Shown in pieces: positions 13,009-23,133 of a stretch of DNA of 64,000 nucleotides. Made by a program: the position numbers and the translations under genes. Below the pieces are notes generated by a model. That model had not been told where the DNA came from and did not search any database. It was given only the letters and a program-made list of their open reading frames with translations. Location: assembly GCF_018350175.1 (NCBI RefSeq), contig NC_058385.1, positions 60,574,001 through 60,638,000 on the forward strand, in the 5' to 3' direction. The stretch comes from Felis catus. Its lineage: Eukaryota. Position 1 is the stretch's first letter, and every line of letters starts with the position of its first letter.

Positions 13009-13680
13009 CAGGCATACCGCAGCAATTCTGCAGGCTCAGTTCCAGACTACCACAATGAAGCAAATACCGCAATGAGGCAAGTCAAATGAATTTTTTGGTT
13101 TCCCAGTCCGTATGAAAGTTATGTTTACACTATTTTATAGTCTATTAAGTGTGCAATCACATTAGGTCTTTTAAAAATGTGTTTGGGGGGCGCCTGGGTG
13201 GCTCAGCTCAGTCAGTTGAGCGTCCAACTCTTGATTTCAGCTCAGGTCATGACCCCAGGGTCGTGCACTAAGCATGGAGCCTGCTTAAGACTCTCTCTCT
13301 CTCCCTCTCTCTCTCTCTCTCCCTCCCTCTCCCCCCTCTCCCCTGCTCACACTCTCTTTCTGTTTAAAATTAAAAAAAAAAAAAAAGTTGTGTTTTTACA
13401 TACCTTAATTTAAAAATATTACTCAAAACGCTAACAATCATCTGGGCTTTCTGCGAGTCACATTCACGGATCACAGACCACCACAGCAAACGTAACAATA
13501 ACGAAATAGTTCAAAATGTTGCGAGAATTACCCAAATGCAACACGGAGGACACGAAGTGAGCAAACACCCTTGGGAAACCCGGGCCAGGACACGTGCGCC
13601 ATAGCGGGTGGCCGCACACCTCCCACTGGGAAAGTACGCACTGTGCTCTCCGCAAAGTGCAACAAAGCTCGGCACGCCCG
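13009..13680. mobile_element. Internally deleted Tigger1-derived element
   Basis: left TIR caggcatacc; gttccagactaccacaat...tttggtttcccagt...aaagttatgtttacac...; gcgagaattacccaaatg...cacgaagtgagca; degenerate right TIR ggcacgcccg. Confidence 0.8.
13185..13386 (+). mobile_element. Can-SINE with internal deletion, inserted in the Tigger1 derivative
   Basis: gggggcgcctgggtggctcag head, B-box region missing, (CT)n, A-tail, tgtgttt on both flanks. Confidence 0.9.
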
Positions 13681-13980
13681 TCCCGCAACAGGAGCTGTGT
13701 GGCCGTGGTGGCTCTGCTCTCTTTCAAACCCTCTTTTTGTCCCGTACTCACTTTGCTCGCGCCGCGCCGGGGTGGGGTGATAAAAACGCCAGGAAGACGA
13801 GATGAAGGGAGGGGAACGCGGCGTGCGTCCTGACGTAACGTTAGCCTGCAATTGACCTTCTGACGATTCATCGCAAGGAGGGCCCTCTGCTTCCTGGCCT
13901 CGAAAGAGGCGGGCAACTGAAAGTGCCGAAATGGAAACCGCTGTCGTGGCGATTGGCATCGGAAGTGGGGCGCAGTTTTG
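13441..13980. promoter_or_regulatory. CpG island / GC peak built on transposon sequence
   Basis: about 40 CpG in 540 bp (hand count) against a CpG-depleted background. Confidence 0.7.
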
Positions 13981-15040
13981 TGTGACTGAGCCTTTACCTG
14001 CGGGGTCTGTGCTAACTCCAGTTGGTGTCCGAATGGAACAGACTTGTAGGACGCCCACTTGGCATCGGAGAGAATTGCCTGGTGTGGGGGAAATCCCTCC
14101 CTATCTGGTGGCAGAAGGACTTCTGTCTCTTCTTCACCATTTTATTCCACATCTGAAGCTGAAATTTGTTTCCAAACTGGACCAAACAGAGAGAGAGGGA
14201 GGATGAGAGGGAGAGAGAGGGGGAATATTCTCTGTAGAACATTCTCAAGTGACATCTTTAGTTATAAATTAGGACATCCTCTTACATGTATATGGTTCTG
14301 GTTACCATAATGTCCCAGCCTGAATATAAGACCTGCATTGCCTCTTAGCCCCAAAATCTAATCAGACTTGTACAAAGTGATATTTGGATTCCTGGATCTG
14401 GCTGCCCTCTGCCAAAATACAATAGGGCATCCTCACCTAAATGGCCTCCTTCGGGATACAGAGACCAAGCAATTCAACTAGTAACTACACAAACTAATTA
14501 ATACTTAGAGAAGAATATCTACCAGATGCATTATTATACCTTAGAAAGGACAATAGTAAAGGAACCACAGTAATCAAAAAGCTTTCACTGTATCACCAGG
14601 AAATAGTGTCGCCAGCACATAAGGGCCTACCACGAACTTAGTTCTCAGATAAACTTGGGTGAATAGCCAATTACTACTACCCGCTCGCCGTGTTATCTTA
14701 AACCTCTCAGAGCTTCAGTATTCACACCAAAGATTAATAACACCCATTTCTGAGATAATACAGATAAAGTCCTTTTTTGTACCAAAGACTGGTATTTTAA
14801 AAAAAGATCTGTTGTTTGGTATTATTATTAATGTGCTCTTTCTATATAATCTCCTAAGTATTCTTGCAAAAAATTGTTTATAAGAAGCGATTAGATGAAG
14901 TAGCCCTAATGAATTGCAAAAGTAACTTTACAATAATAACCTTTTCATGTTTTATAAGACTAGTCAAAAGAAAAATACTCTACAAAGAGATTGATTATTT
15001 TACTTCTTAAAAAACACTGATAATTTAAATTGCTCTCCCT

Positions 15041-15275
15041 GGGGCGCCTCGGTGGCTCAGTCAGTTAAGCGTCTGACTTCAGCTCAGGTCATGATCTCAC
15101 AGTCTGTGAGTTCAAGCCCCGCGTCGGGCTCTGTGCTGACAGCTCAGAGCCTGGAGACTGCTTCAGATTCTGTGTCTCCCTCTCTCTCTGCCCCTCCCCT
15201 GCTCATACTCTGTCTCTCTCTGTCTAAAAAATAAATAAAAGCATTAAAAAATTTTTTAAAAAATTATAAAACAAA
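15041..15275 (+). mobile_element. Can-SINE
   Basis: TSD taaattgctctccc at 15026-15039 and 15276-15289. Confidence 0.95.
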
Positions 15276-16075
15276 TAAATTGCTCTCCCACCTCCCATTT
15301 TCTACTAAGTAAATCCATGTGGACACAAGTAAGCACTAAAATGCCAGTGGTTTGATATAATTTTGGTATCCAATCCCATCACACATTTCTCAGCCCTTGA
15401 GATCTCTGGGATACTACATTTCCATAAAATGAGACAGGAAACATGGCATCCTGAGAAACTTGGTGTCATATGCATACACATGGGCATTTCTAGTGCAAGC
15501 AGTGTCTCTTTAAATAAGTCTTAAATTTGAACAGAGCTCACCGGATATGATGATGCCAAGACTTCACCAATTTGCCTCTGAATGTCAAAATAAGATTTCC
15601 AAATCAGGTAAGACACAAACTGCATTTTCCCCCACCGGTATTCGTCCCGTGGTTGATTTCCTCAGGGCAATAGAAAGGACTTAATCCGCTGACATTCACT
15701 ATACCAGCTAGAACCAGACAATGGGGTCTCTTATTTCCTTCTAAGCATCATTTAGAAAGTATAGAAGAGGATTCTAAGCTCCACACCAAAACAAACAAAA
15801 ACAAAATGAAACAAAAAACAAAAGAGTACCATAACTGGAATTAAAGCTTACGTGTTTCAAGAACACCACTGTGAGAGTTCAGGTTAAAAGCAAAGTGTTC
15901 ACTTGTTTAGAAAATATTTACTGAGCATCTAGTGTATAAATATCAGACTCTAGTCCCCACACTGGGAACATAGTGATGCATGAGATAGACAGTAAGTTAT
16001 TAAATAGCTTCTTGGTTGGAGCACTGGGCCTTGTGAATTAGCTGCTGCGTGATCAGATTGGGCCAGGGAGGCACA

Positions 16076-16275
16076 TGATGGCAGTGGTAAAGCATGGATT
16101 TTGGAGTCCCTATATTGTAACCTTGGCCAAGTTGCTTAATGTCTCTGAGTTTGACTGTCCTCTGTTGTAAAATCAGAATACCAAGCATGCCTGCCTTAGA
16201 GGGCTATTGTGAGGGCCAGCTGGTTCAAGCTGTTGAAAGTCCAGCCTAGAACATAGATGGCACTCAACAAAAAGC
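16076..16275 (+). mobile_element. MIR SINE
   Basis: gtggtaaagcatggattttggagtc...accttggccaagttgcttaat...ctctgttgtaaaat...gggctattgtgagg. Confidence 0.7.
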
Positions 16276-17599
16276 AATTTCTTCCATTCCCTCGTTCAAG
16301 CCCAAATATTCTCAGTGGATAGTGGAAACACATAAAGATAAAACATTGATGTAATAAGTTTGGTTTGTCTCTGAAATCAAAGTGGGAATCACCTTAGATC
16401 AGGTACTATTTATGTTTGAGTCTTCTATTAGCAATGTGGGAGAATGCAAAAAAAGAGTAGCACACTGCCTCCTTGTATCATTCTTTATTTTAATCAATGA
16501 TGCTTTAAGAAGTTTAAAGTAGAAACAAGAAAATCATAAAACTCTGAGATACCTGAATCTATAAATTCTCACCAAAAAAACAAACTTCCATCATCTTCTA
16601 CTGGAGACCCACACGAGAACTGGGATACCACTTTCTTCTCACCAACGTTTCTCGGCTTTGAAAATAAAGCTCAAACACTTTGCCTCCATTCAGCTCAGCA
16701 AAGGTAGCAGCTTAGACATAAAAGTGCAAACACTGCAAAGGGAAAAAAAAAAAAAAAAAACCCACCCGTGGCTGCCTGCCAGCTCTTGGCCAATCAGTCC
16801 TCACAAGGAAGGTTGCGTCAGAGGCTTCCAGCCTGCTGGAGCCTCTGCAGCTGCCTGCAACGCAAGCTTGGACCACCCAGGCCGCAGTGGACTGGCATCT
16901 GGAGAAACACACAAACAATGGAGAACGTTAGAGCCCTGCATTTCCGAGCCAGAGATCCTGTCACTAGGCTAAGCCTGGTCTTTGAGAAAGTCCTAGGCAA
17001 AGAAGAAATCTAGTATATGCTAAATGGCTCTGCTAGTAAATCACTGTCACGGGTCAGCAGCATAAAACCCCCAGGACGGAAAAGATTTTTTTTTCACTGG
17101 AAAATCACCCGTATTCGTGTTCAACTGGTATTGGGCTCTCACCCAGTGTAATTAACATCTTACCTGTGGGTGGCTGGTAGAATTGCTTTACACCTCTCTC
17201 ATCATCCCAGCCCCAATACTTCCTGAAATGCTTTATACAAACAGATAGGAGGTGATGTTTCTAAAGATAGACTATTTGGTAGAGGGCTCTCTGGTAGCCC
17301 CTCCATTCCACTCTCAGCAAATTTATTTTTCTAATTTAATGTCAGAAAGCAGGTCCACATCACTCATTGGTTTGCTCAAATGCAAGCCATGCCAACTTGT
17401 TATAATTATAGTGAGATACAATAGCGGACGTGGGGGACGCCTAATTAAAGAGTTGGACCTTGAATCCCGGTTGGAAAGCCAAGTATGTGGCCTTCTATCA
17501 GATCTGAATGGAAACTCTGCTCCACCGATGATGGATGTCTCTGGGAAATACACATTCTCCTTGCACCCAAAGATACTTGGAAAGGCGTAGGAGAGAAGC

Positions 17600-17752
17600 A
17601 TCCTGCTAAGATTAAAATTGAAACTAAAACCTGGAGCAAAGCACTGATCCCAAACTAGACACTTGGACTTAATTGGTCCGGATGTGGCCCAAGCATCAAG
17701 ACTGCCTTTATTCACCAGATGATGCTAATGGCAGCCAAGGTTGAGAAACCCT
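17600..17752. mobile_element. MER5A1-like MITE fragment
   Basis: gacttaattggtccggatgtggcccaagcatc...ccagatgatgctaatggcagccaaggttgagaa. Confidence 0.6.
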
Positions 17753-18814
17753 ACGAAGATTCCTTAGATAATACTTACCATTTTAATGGAAAATTTAACC
17801 AGGAAGTCAGTGTATCACAGCATAGTAATTTACTAGATCTCTCAGAACAAAACATAGCCATAATTTACTACATTGCACCATAATGTTGACTTTGTCTCCC
17901 AAACTAGACTGGAGGCTTCAGGAGGGTGCTTTATCTCCAGCTCCTAGGAGAGATCTCTAGACATGCAAAATGTAATAGAAGCATTTGCTTAATCATTGGA
18001 CAGATGCTCAGAAAATATCACAACGTGTTTAAGCAGAAAGACTCAGACTTTATAGAAACATGTTTTCTACAATCCTCTAAAGCATTTATTTTCAAATTCT
18101 AGTGTCCGTGAGAATCTTATTAAATATGTAGGTTCCTAAGCCTCCCCTAGAACCTAGTGTCAGACCAAGAAAATTCAGTTCATTTCAGCAATAACTTCCT
18201 ATGAATTCCTCCAGTGCCTAGTACAACCCAGGAATAAAACAACCAAATGGCACGACCTGTACATCTGAGATGAGAATCCATAGCCAGCTAAACACAGGTA
18301 AAAAAGGGCTTCTTTCATCTAAGTTGTTGAAGCCAAAGCTAGATCAGAGGTTAATGGTACCAAGGACATAAACGAGTTGTGTAGGTCATGACAACGCAAC
18401 ACACAGAGAAAGCTTCTCTTGCTGATTTAAGATAAATAGTGGAGAGTCTGTGGACTGAATATTTTGGATGCTGTGTGGGATCCTTGGCAGTCAGAGGCAG
18501 TGTTTCTGGCTGAGAGCTACACTTTCTACGCAGTGAAGGGAATCCAGATGAGTTCCCTTCTAGAGTGCATTGTGGAGCTCTAATTGAGGCTGCATTTCTT
18601 GTTGTCTTGAGACTCTGCAAGAGCCAAATTTCAGGAAAATCAAGAAAGCAAGTAATCTTATCTTATCAGAAGAGATGGGGCAAAATACACTGTGGCCTAA
18701 AGTTCCAGTATCATTGCAAAACAGAAAGGTTCTTGCTTCAGTATGACCCAGGATTTTAAAAGTTTTACCTTCTTCCGAGTCACCAGCTTAGAACTTAACG
18801 ATGCCTTTATAAGG

Positions 18815-19000
18815 ACTCCATTCAAATCCTGGTCTATCTATATATTTGCTGTGTGACCTTGGGTGAGTTACTTAACCTCTCTGAATCTCAGTTTACTCAT
18901 TTTTATCACAGGGAAACTACTGGCTACCCCATAGTGTTATTGTGAGGATGAAATATTATGTAACAAGTACGGTGTTGATGCATGTTAGCTGATAATAATA
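18815..19000 (+). mobile_element. MIR SINE
   Basis: ttcaaatcctgg...gctgtgtgaccttgggtgagttacttaacctctctgaatctcagttt...ttattgtgaggatgaaat. Confidence 0.8.
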
Positions 19001-19187
19001 ATTATTATCATTACTATTATTTTTCTTCCTTGCCTCCCTCTGGTTCTAGGCAAAGTGAAGTGCTTCATATCCAGTTGTCCAGATAAATCCCTTCGCTTAC
19101 TCCTGTATTGTTTTATTTGAAGCTCTCATCTATTTTCTCTATCCTTCTTTGTACAGAGGACCACCCAGAATCAGCCCAGATGAAAGC

Positions 19188-19620
19188 TTTAGGTTAGCTT
19201 CTGTAACAAATAAACCCCTACGTTTTAACAGCTTAACACCTTAAAAGCTGATTTCTCATATAATAGTCCAAAGCTGGTGTTACTGATGGGTCAGGAGTTT
19301 TACTCAATGATTGGTAATTAGAGGACCTGCTCCCTCCATCGGTAGTTCACCATCCCCAAGGCCTCTCAGGGGATTCTGCACCCAACTGCAGACAGGGAAA
19401 TGGAGAAAGAAGAATTTCAGCCTGTATCTTAAAAGCCCTACGCAGAAGTGAGTCCCCTCCCTGCCAGTCTGGTTCCGTGGGTGAGAAGTATCATGTGGCC
19501 ACAGCAGAAGGGGAGTAGAAAACAGTCACTGGCTGAGCAGCTCCCCCCCCACCCCCCAGCAACAGCTCCATATCATGCAAGAACACAACCTTTTGGTGAA
19601 TTATTATCCATCTCCACCAA
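19188..19620 (-). mobile_element. Old MLT1-type MaLR LTR
   Basis: ttagcttctgtaacaaataaaccc...gcttaacac start and tcatgtggcc motif, reverse orientation. Confidence 0.55.
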
Positions 19621-19884
19621 AAAGCTTTTATGTAATATGCACAAAGGTGAGGCCTGGACACCTGCACTGACAGGAACGTTAGAGATCTCCTGCAGTGCAC
19701 TACAAACACAGACATGTCTCAAACACCCCGAAATGGTCAGCCAGCCAGTGTGAGACCACTGTGAGAAATGTCTGTTAGAAAAGTTTTCCTTCCGTGGTCC
19801 TAGTTGAGCCATCTGTTGTAGCACAGAAGAAATGTATGCATGTACTTCATCAGACCTCAAATGAAATAAATGTAGCTGACTATA

Positions 19885-20070
19885 TAGTTCTTTTTTCCCA
19901 GTAAATGTCCATAGCTCTTCAAATGTTCTTAATATACCATGGTTTTCAGACTCTTCACCATCATGTCTTCTTGTCTCCACTGCAAGCGCATCATTTGTCA
20001 TGGTCCCTAAAGTATTTGACCCCTGAGAGATGAATACAATATTCCAGACACATGACTGGATACCCCATAT
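19885..20070 (-). mobile_element. L3/CR1 LINE fragment
   Basis: reverse complement reads ctggaatattgtattc...gatggtgaagagtctgaaaaccatg...ttgaagagctatggacattta, matching the CR1/L3 ORF2 3' region. Confidence 0.6.
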
Positions 20071-20809
20071 GGAATCATCTTCTCTAAATTATACTAACCA
20101 GAGTCGGTTCTTCCTTCACCTTTGGTTTCTTCTTTCTCCTACATTTTAATTCCTCTAGTCACGCTTCCTTAACCAATGGATATCTTTAGCTTCAATTTGT
20201 CTGTTCCCTTTGTCTTTTATATTCCTGCCAGTCACTTTCTGGCCCATCACCAAATTAGCATTCTTGCATCAAACACGCAAGGGCTGTTCAGAAAGTACAT
20301 TTACAAGGTGTTTTTCTGAAACTGATTCTAAGAGATGGCAACTAATCCCTGCAAGTATTTAAACAGCAGCTGATTGCTACTTTTCCTGCATAATCCAATA
20401 GGTTCACACGTTTGTTATACCACAAGACTGACTTTTTCTATGCCAGCTGAGTAAATTGCAGGGTCCTTGGTTATTAAATCAACTTCATATCACATCAGTG
20501 AACACAAACTTTATTGAGTTCCAGGCTTGTTGCAAATAATGTCTCCGAGAGACAGAATGAATTTTGCTTGAAACTGGGGCACGGTGACTTTTCCACGTCT
20601 TCGAGTATTGATTTGTTCAGTGATTTGCCCTCTGTGTATTTGCGGGTCCTCGGATTACACCGCTGTGCTTCCCTGCTGCTCCACTTGCTCTCCAGGACTG
20701 GGCATGTCGTTCTGATACACTTTCAATTAAAAATGTTCTTGCCATAAATTTAAACAAGTTGACCATGAAATTCTGCAGCAGAAACCGCTTTTTTTTTTTT
20801 CATAAAAAA

Positions 20810-20937
20810 ATGGAAACACATGTTTATAAAAGAACATTTAATGACATGGAAAAATATTCAAGATATATTGGTAGAGGAAAAAAAGCAGATTTCTAAAATA
20901 CAAACACAATATGAATCCATATTTAAAAAACAGAATA

Positions 20938-20977
<40 letters not shown>

Positions 20978-21128
20978 ATATGCTTGCACAGGAAATAGGA
21001 AAATTCTAGAAGGATATTCACCAAAGTATTAGCAGATATTCTTTGGGTGGCGAGTGTTCTAAAAATAATTTCTTTTTCCTTAGCTATATTTGTGATATCT
21101 TCTATAATGACATTTTTTTATATTCAGA
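20810..21128 (+). mobile_element. Old L1 (L1ME/MC-type) 3' fragment
   Basis: atgacatggaaaaatattcaagatatattg...gaaaaaaagcag...ctagaaggatattcaccaaa... Confidence 0.6.
20941..20976. repeat. (TG)18 microsatellite
   Basis: direct read. Confidence 0.95.
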
Positions 21129-21179
21129 ATCCACATCACTATCTCTCTTCTTGTGTGCCATTGGTGCCTAAAGACACAT

Positions 21180-21591
21180 TGTTTTGGACTGAACGTTTGT
21201 GTCCCCCACCCCCAAATTTATATGTTGAAGCCCCAACCCCCCAGTGTGGCTGTATTTGTAGTAAGGCCTTTACAGAGATAATTAAGGTGAAATGAAATCT
21301 TAAGCATGGCACCCTGATCTGATAGGATTAGTGTCCTTTAACAGAGACAGGAAAGAGTACTTTCTCCCTCCCTCTCCTTCTTCCTCTCCCACTCTTTCCC
21401 CTTCCTCCTTCTATCATATGAGAACACAGCAAGAAGGTGGCTGGCTCCAAGCCAGGATGAAAGTCCTCACCAGACACCAAATCCACAGGCACTTTGGTCT
21501 TGGACTTCCCAGCGTCCACAACTGTGAGAAAACAAATTTCAGCTATTTAAGCCATACGGCATTTTGTTATGCCAGCCTGAGCTACTGATAC
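21180..21591 (+). mobile_element. MLT1A/B-type MaLR solo LTR
   Basis: tgttttggactgaacgtttgtgtcccc...gataggattagtgtcctt...cctcaccagacacc...cttggacttcccagc...actgtgagaaaacaaatttc. Confidence 0.85.
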
Positions 21592-22353
21592 GAACGTCAT
21601 GGTGCAACCAATTCATTTTCATCCTCACGCATAAATATTTAACTTCATAGCTACTTTCTTAAGCAATCACAGCACTTTGATATTCCTCACCCATTGTTAT
21701 CAAGATGTGAAAGAAGCAATACTCTTCCACACACACAAGTGAATTCCAAATGTTCCTGAACTACTTTTCTTTCCAAGCCTTTTGATTCTTCTCTATAGCC
21801 AGCTGATGACTCTTCAGGGTCCTAGCGGTTCATACACGGTCAGTCAAGAATTCAAGAGAAAAGGGATTTAGCAAGCATAGACAGAACTGATGACAAGGGA
21901 GGATGGGGCTGGCAGGAGAGATTTTTTGTTGTGTAACTAACTGCTGGTAGAGGTAGAAACTAAAAAGGCAGGTGGAAATAAAGAAAGGAGTGCAGAAGGG
22001 TCTTGAGTACATCTGAATTTATGAAACCCAAAGATATTTGCTATAGGCCCAGAATGTAAATTCAAATTAAATTAAGCTCAATCACTCAAAGCAAAACCTC
22101 CTCCTACATGATCTCTCATTGACCTCAAAGGTAGAATTAGGCTACAGCAAAGAGGTCACAAGATGTGCCTGAAGCTGTGCTTAGAGTCAACAGAGTAGAA
22201 TTAAAGTTCTGAAATCCTGGAGCTTGTGACCCCAGAGGACAGAGTGGACAGTCTCCCCCACCCCAATCCCTCTGAAGGCTCGTTGTAACGAGCGTCACTG
22301 GGTGTGTTCCCCAGTCCAAGGACTCCAGATGCATCTGTGGAAACAAAGCTTGC

Positions 22354-23013
22354 NNNNNNNNNNNNNNNNNNNNNNNNNNNNNNNNNNNNNNNNNNNNNNN
22401 NNNNNNNNNNNNNNNNNNNNNNNNNNNNNNNNNNNNNNNNNNNNNNNNNNNNNNNNNNNNNNNNNNNNNNNNNNNNNNNNNNNNNTGTCACCCCCACCTA
22501 TTGTTCTGCGGAGTTGAAATTNNNNNNNNNNNNNNNNNNNNNNNNNNNNNNNNNNNNNNNNNNNNNNNNNNNNNNNNNNNNNNNNNNNNNNNNNNNNNNN
22601 NNNNNNNNNNNNNNNNNNNNNNNNNNNNNNNNNNNNNNNNNNNNNNNNNNNNNNNNNNNNNNNNNNNNNNNNNNNNNNNNNNNNNNNNNNNNNNNNNNNN
22701 NTTTCNNNNNNNNNNNNNNNNNNNNNNNNNNNNNNNNNNNNNNNNNNNNNNNNNNNNNNNNNNNNNNNNNNNNNNNNNNNNNNNNNNNNNNNNNNNNNNN
22801 NNNNNNNNNNNNNNNNNNNNNNNNNNNNNNNNNNNNNNNNNNNNNNNNNNNNNNNNNNNNNNNNNNNNNNNNNNNNNNNNNNNNNNNNNNNNNNNNNNNN
22901 NNNNNNNNNNNNNNNNNNNNNNNNNNNNNNNNNNNNNNNNNNNNNNNNNNNNNNNNNNNNNNNNNNNNNNNNNNNNNNNNNNNNNNNNNNNNNNNNNNNN
23001 NNNNNNNNNNNNN
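22354..23013. other. Cluster of N blocks (132, 180, 308 nt); other N blocks at 103-274, 49177-49308, 58630-59121, 59296-59507, 61966-62097
   Basis: direct read; the content cannot be assessed. Confidence 0.99.
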
Positions 23014-23099
23014 TAAATACTGCCATAAATTGTAATACATTAAAATACCAGAGCATTACATCCATTCGGCCGTGACTTGATTCGCTTATTGTTTAAAGA

Positions 23100-23100
<1 letters not shown>

Positions 23101-23130
<30 letters not shown>
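23101..23130. repeat. A30 homopolymer
   Basis: direct read; no SINE body upstream. Confidence 0.9.

Positions 23131-23133
<3 letters not shown>

Larger units (their letters stand above)
12807..13943. mobile_element. MER44 (Tigger7-family, TcMar) MITE, split by a Tigger1 derivative (parts ~12807-13008 and ~13683-13943)
   Basis: TIR-like caatagtcccctcttatcc; ccaagacctccagtgggtgcctgaaac...taaagtttaatttataaattaggcacagt; right part attgaccttctgacgat...gggcaactgaaa...gaaaccg. Confidence 0.75.
12238..14120 (+). mobile_element. MER21-like ERV solo LTR, split by DNA transposons (LTR parts ~12238-12806 and ~13945-14120)
   Basis: ggctggtcaccagaaagaccaag...tttcagcccc...tctcttcatctggctgttcatctg...aataaac...gtcatgggaacctccaattt, resuming gattggcatcggaagtgggg...gactgagcccttt-like...gggggaaatccc. 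Confidence 0.75.

Noticed and set aside
13464-14058. Overlapping 150-aa and 176-aa minus-strand ORFs and several plus-strand ORFs
   Set aside because: They lie wholly in GC-shifted transposon sequence where stop codons are depleted; no recognisable protein features.
19710-19719. p53 half-site AGACATGTCT
   Set aside because: Only one half-site, with no adjacent second decamer.
19573-20001. 142-aa minus-strand ORF
   Set aside because: Begins in an L3/CR1 fragment and ends in an MLT LTR; no coherent domain.
22295-23065. Long ORFs spanning N blocks (also 58617-59603, 61905-62171)
   Set aside because: Artefacts of Ns translated as X.
23101-23130. A30 tract as the tail of a processed pseudogene
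   Set aside because: No visible TSD or canonical poly(A) signal at the right distance, and the upstream sequence is masked, so it cannot be supported.
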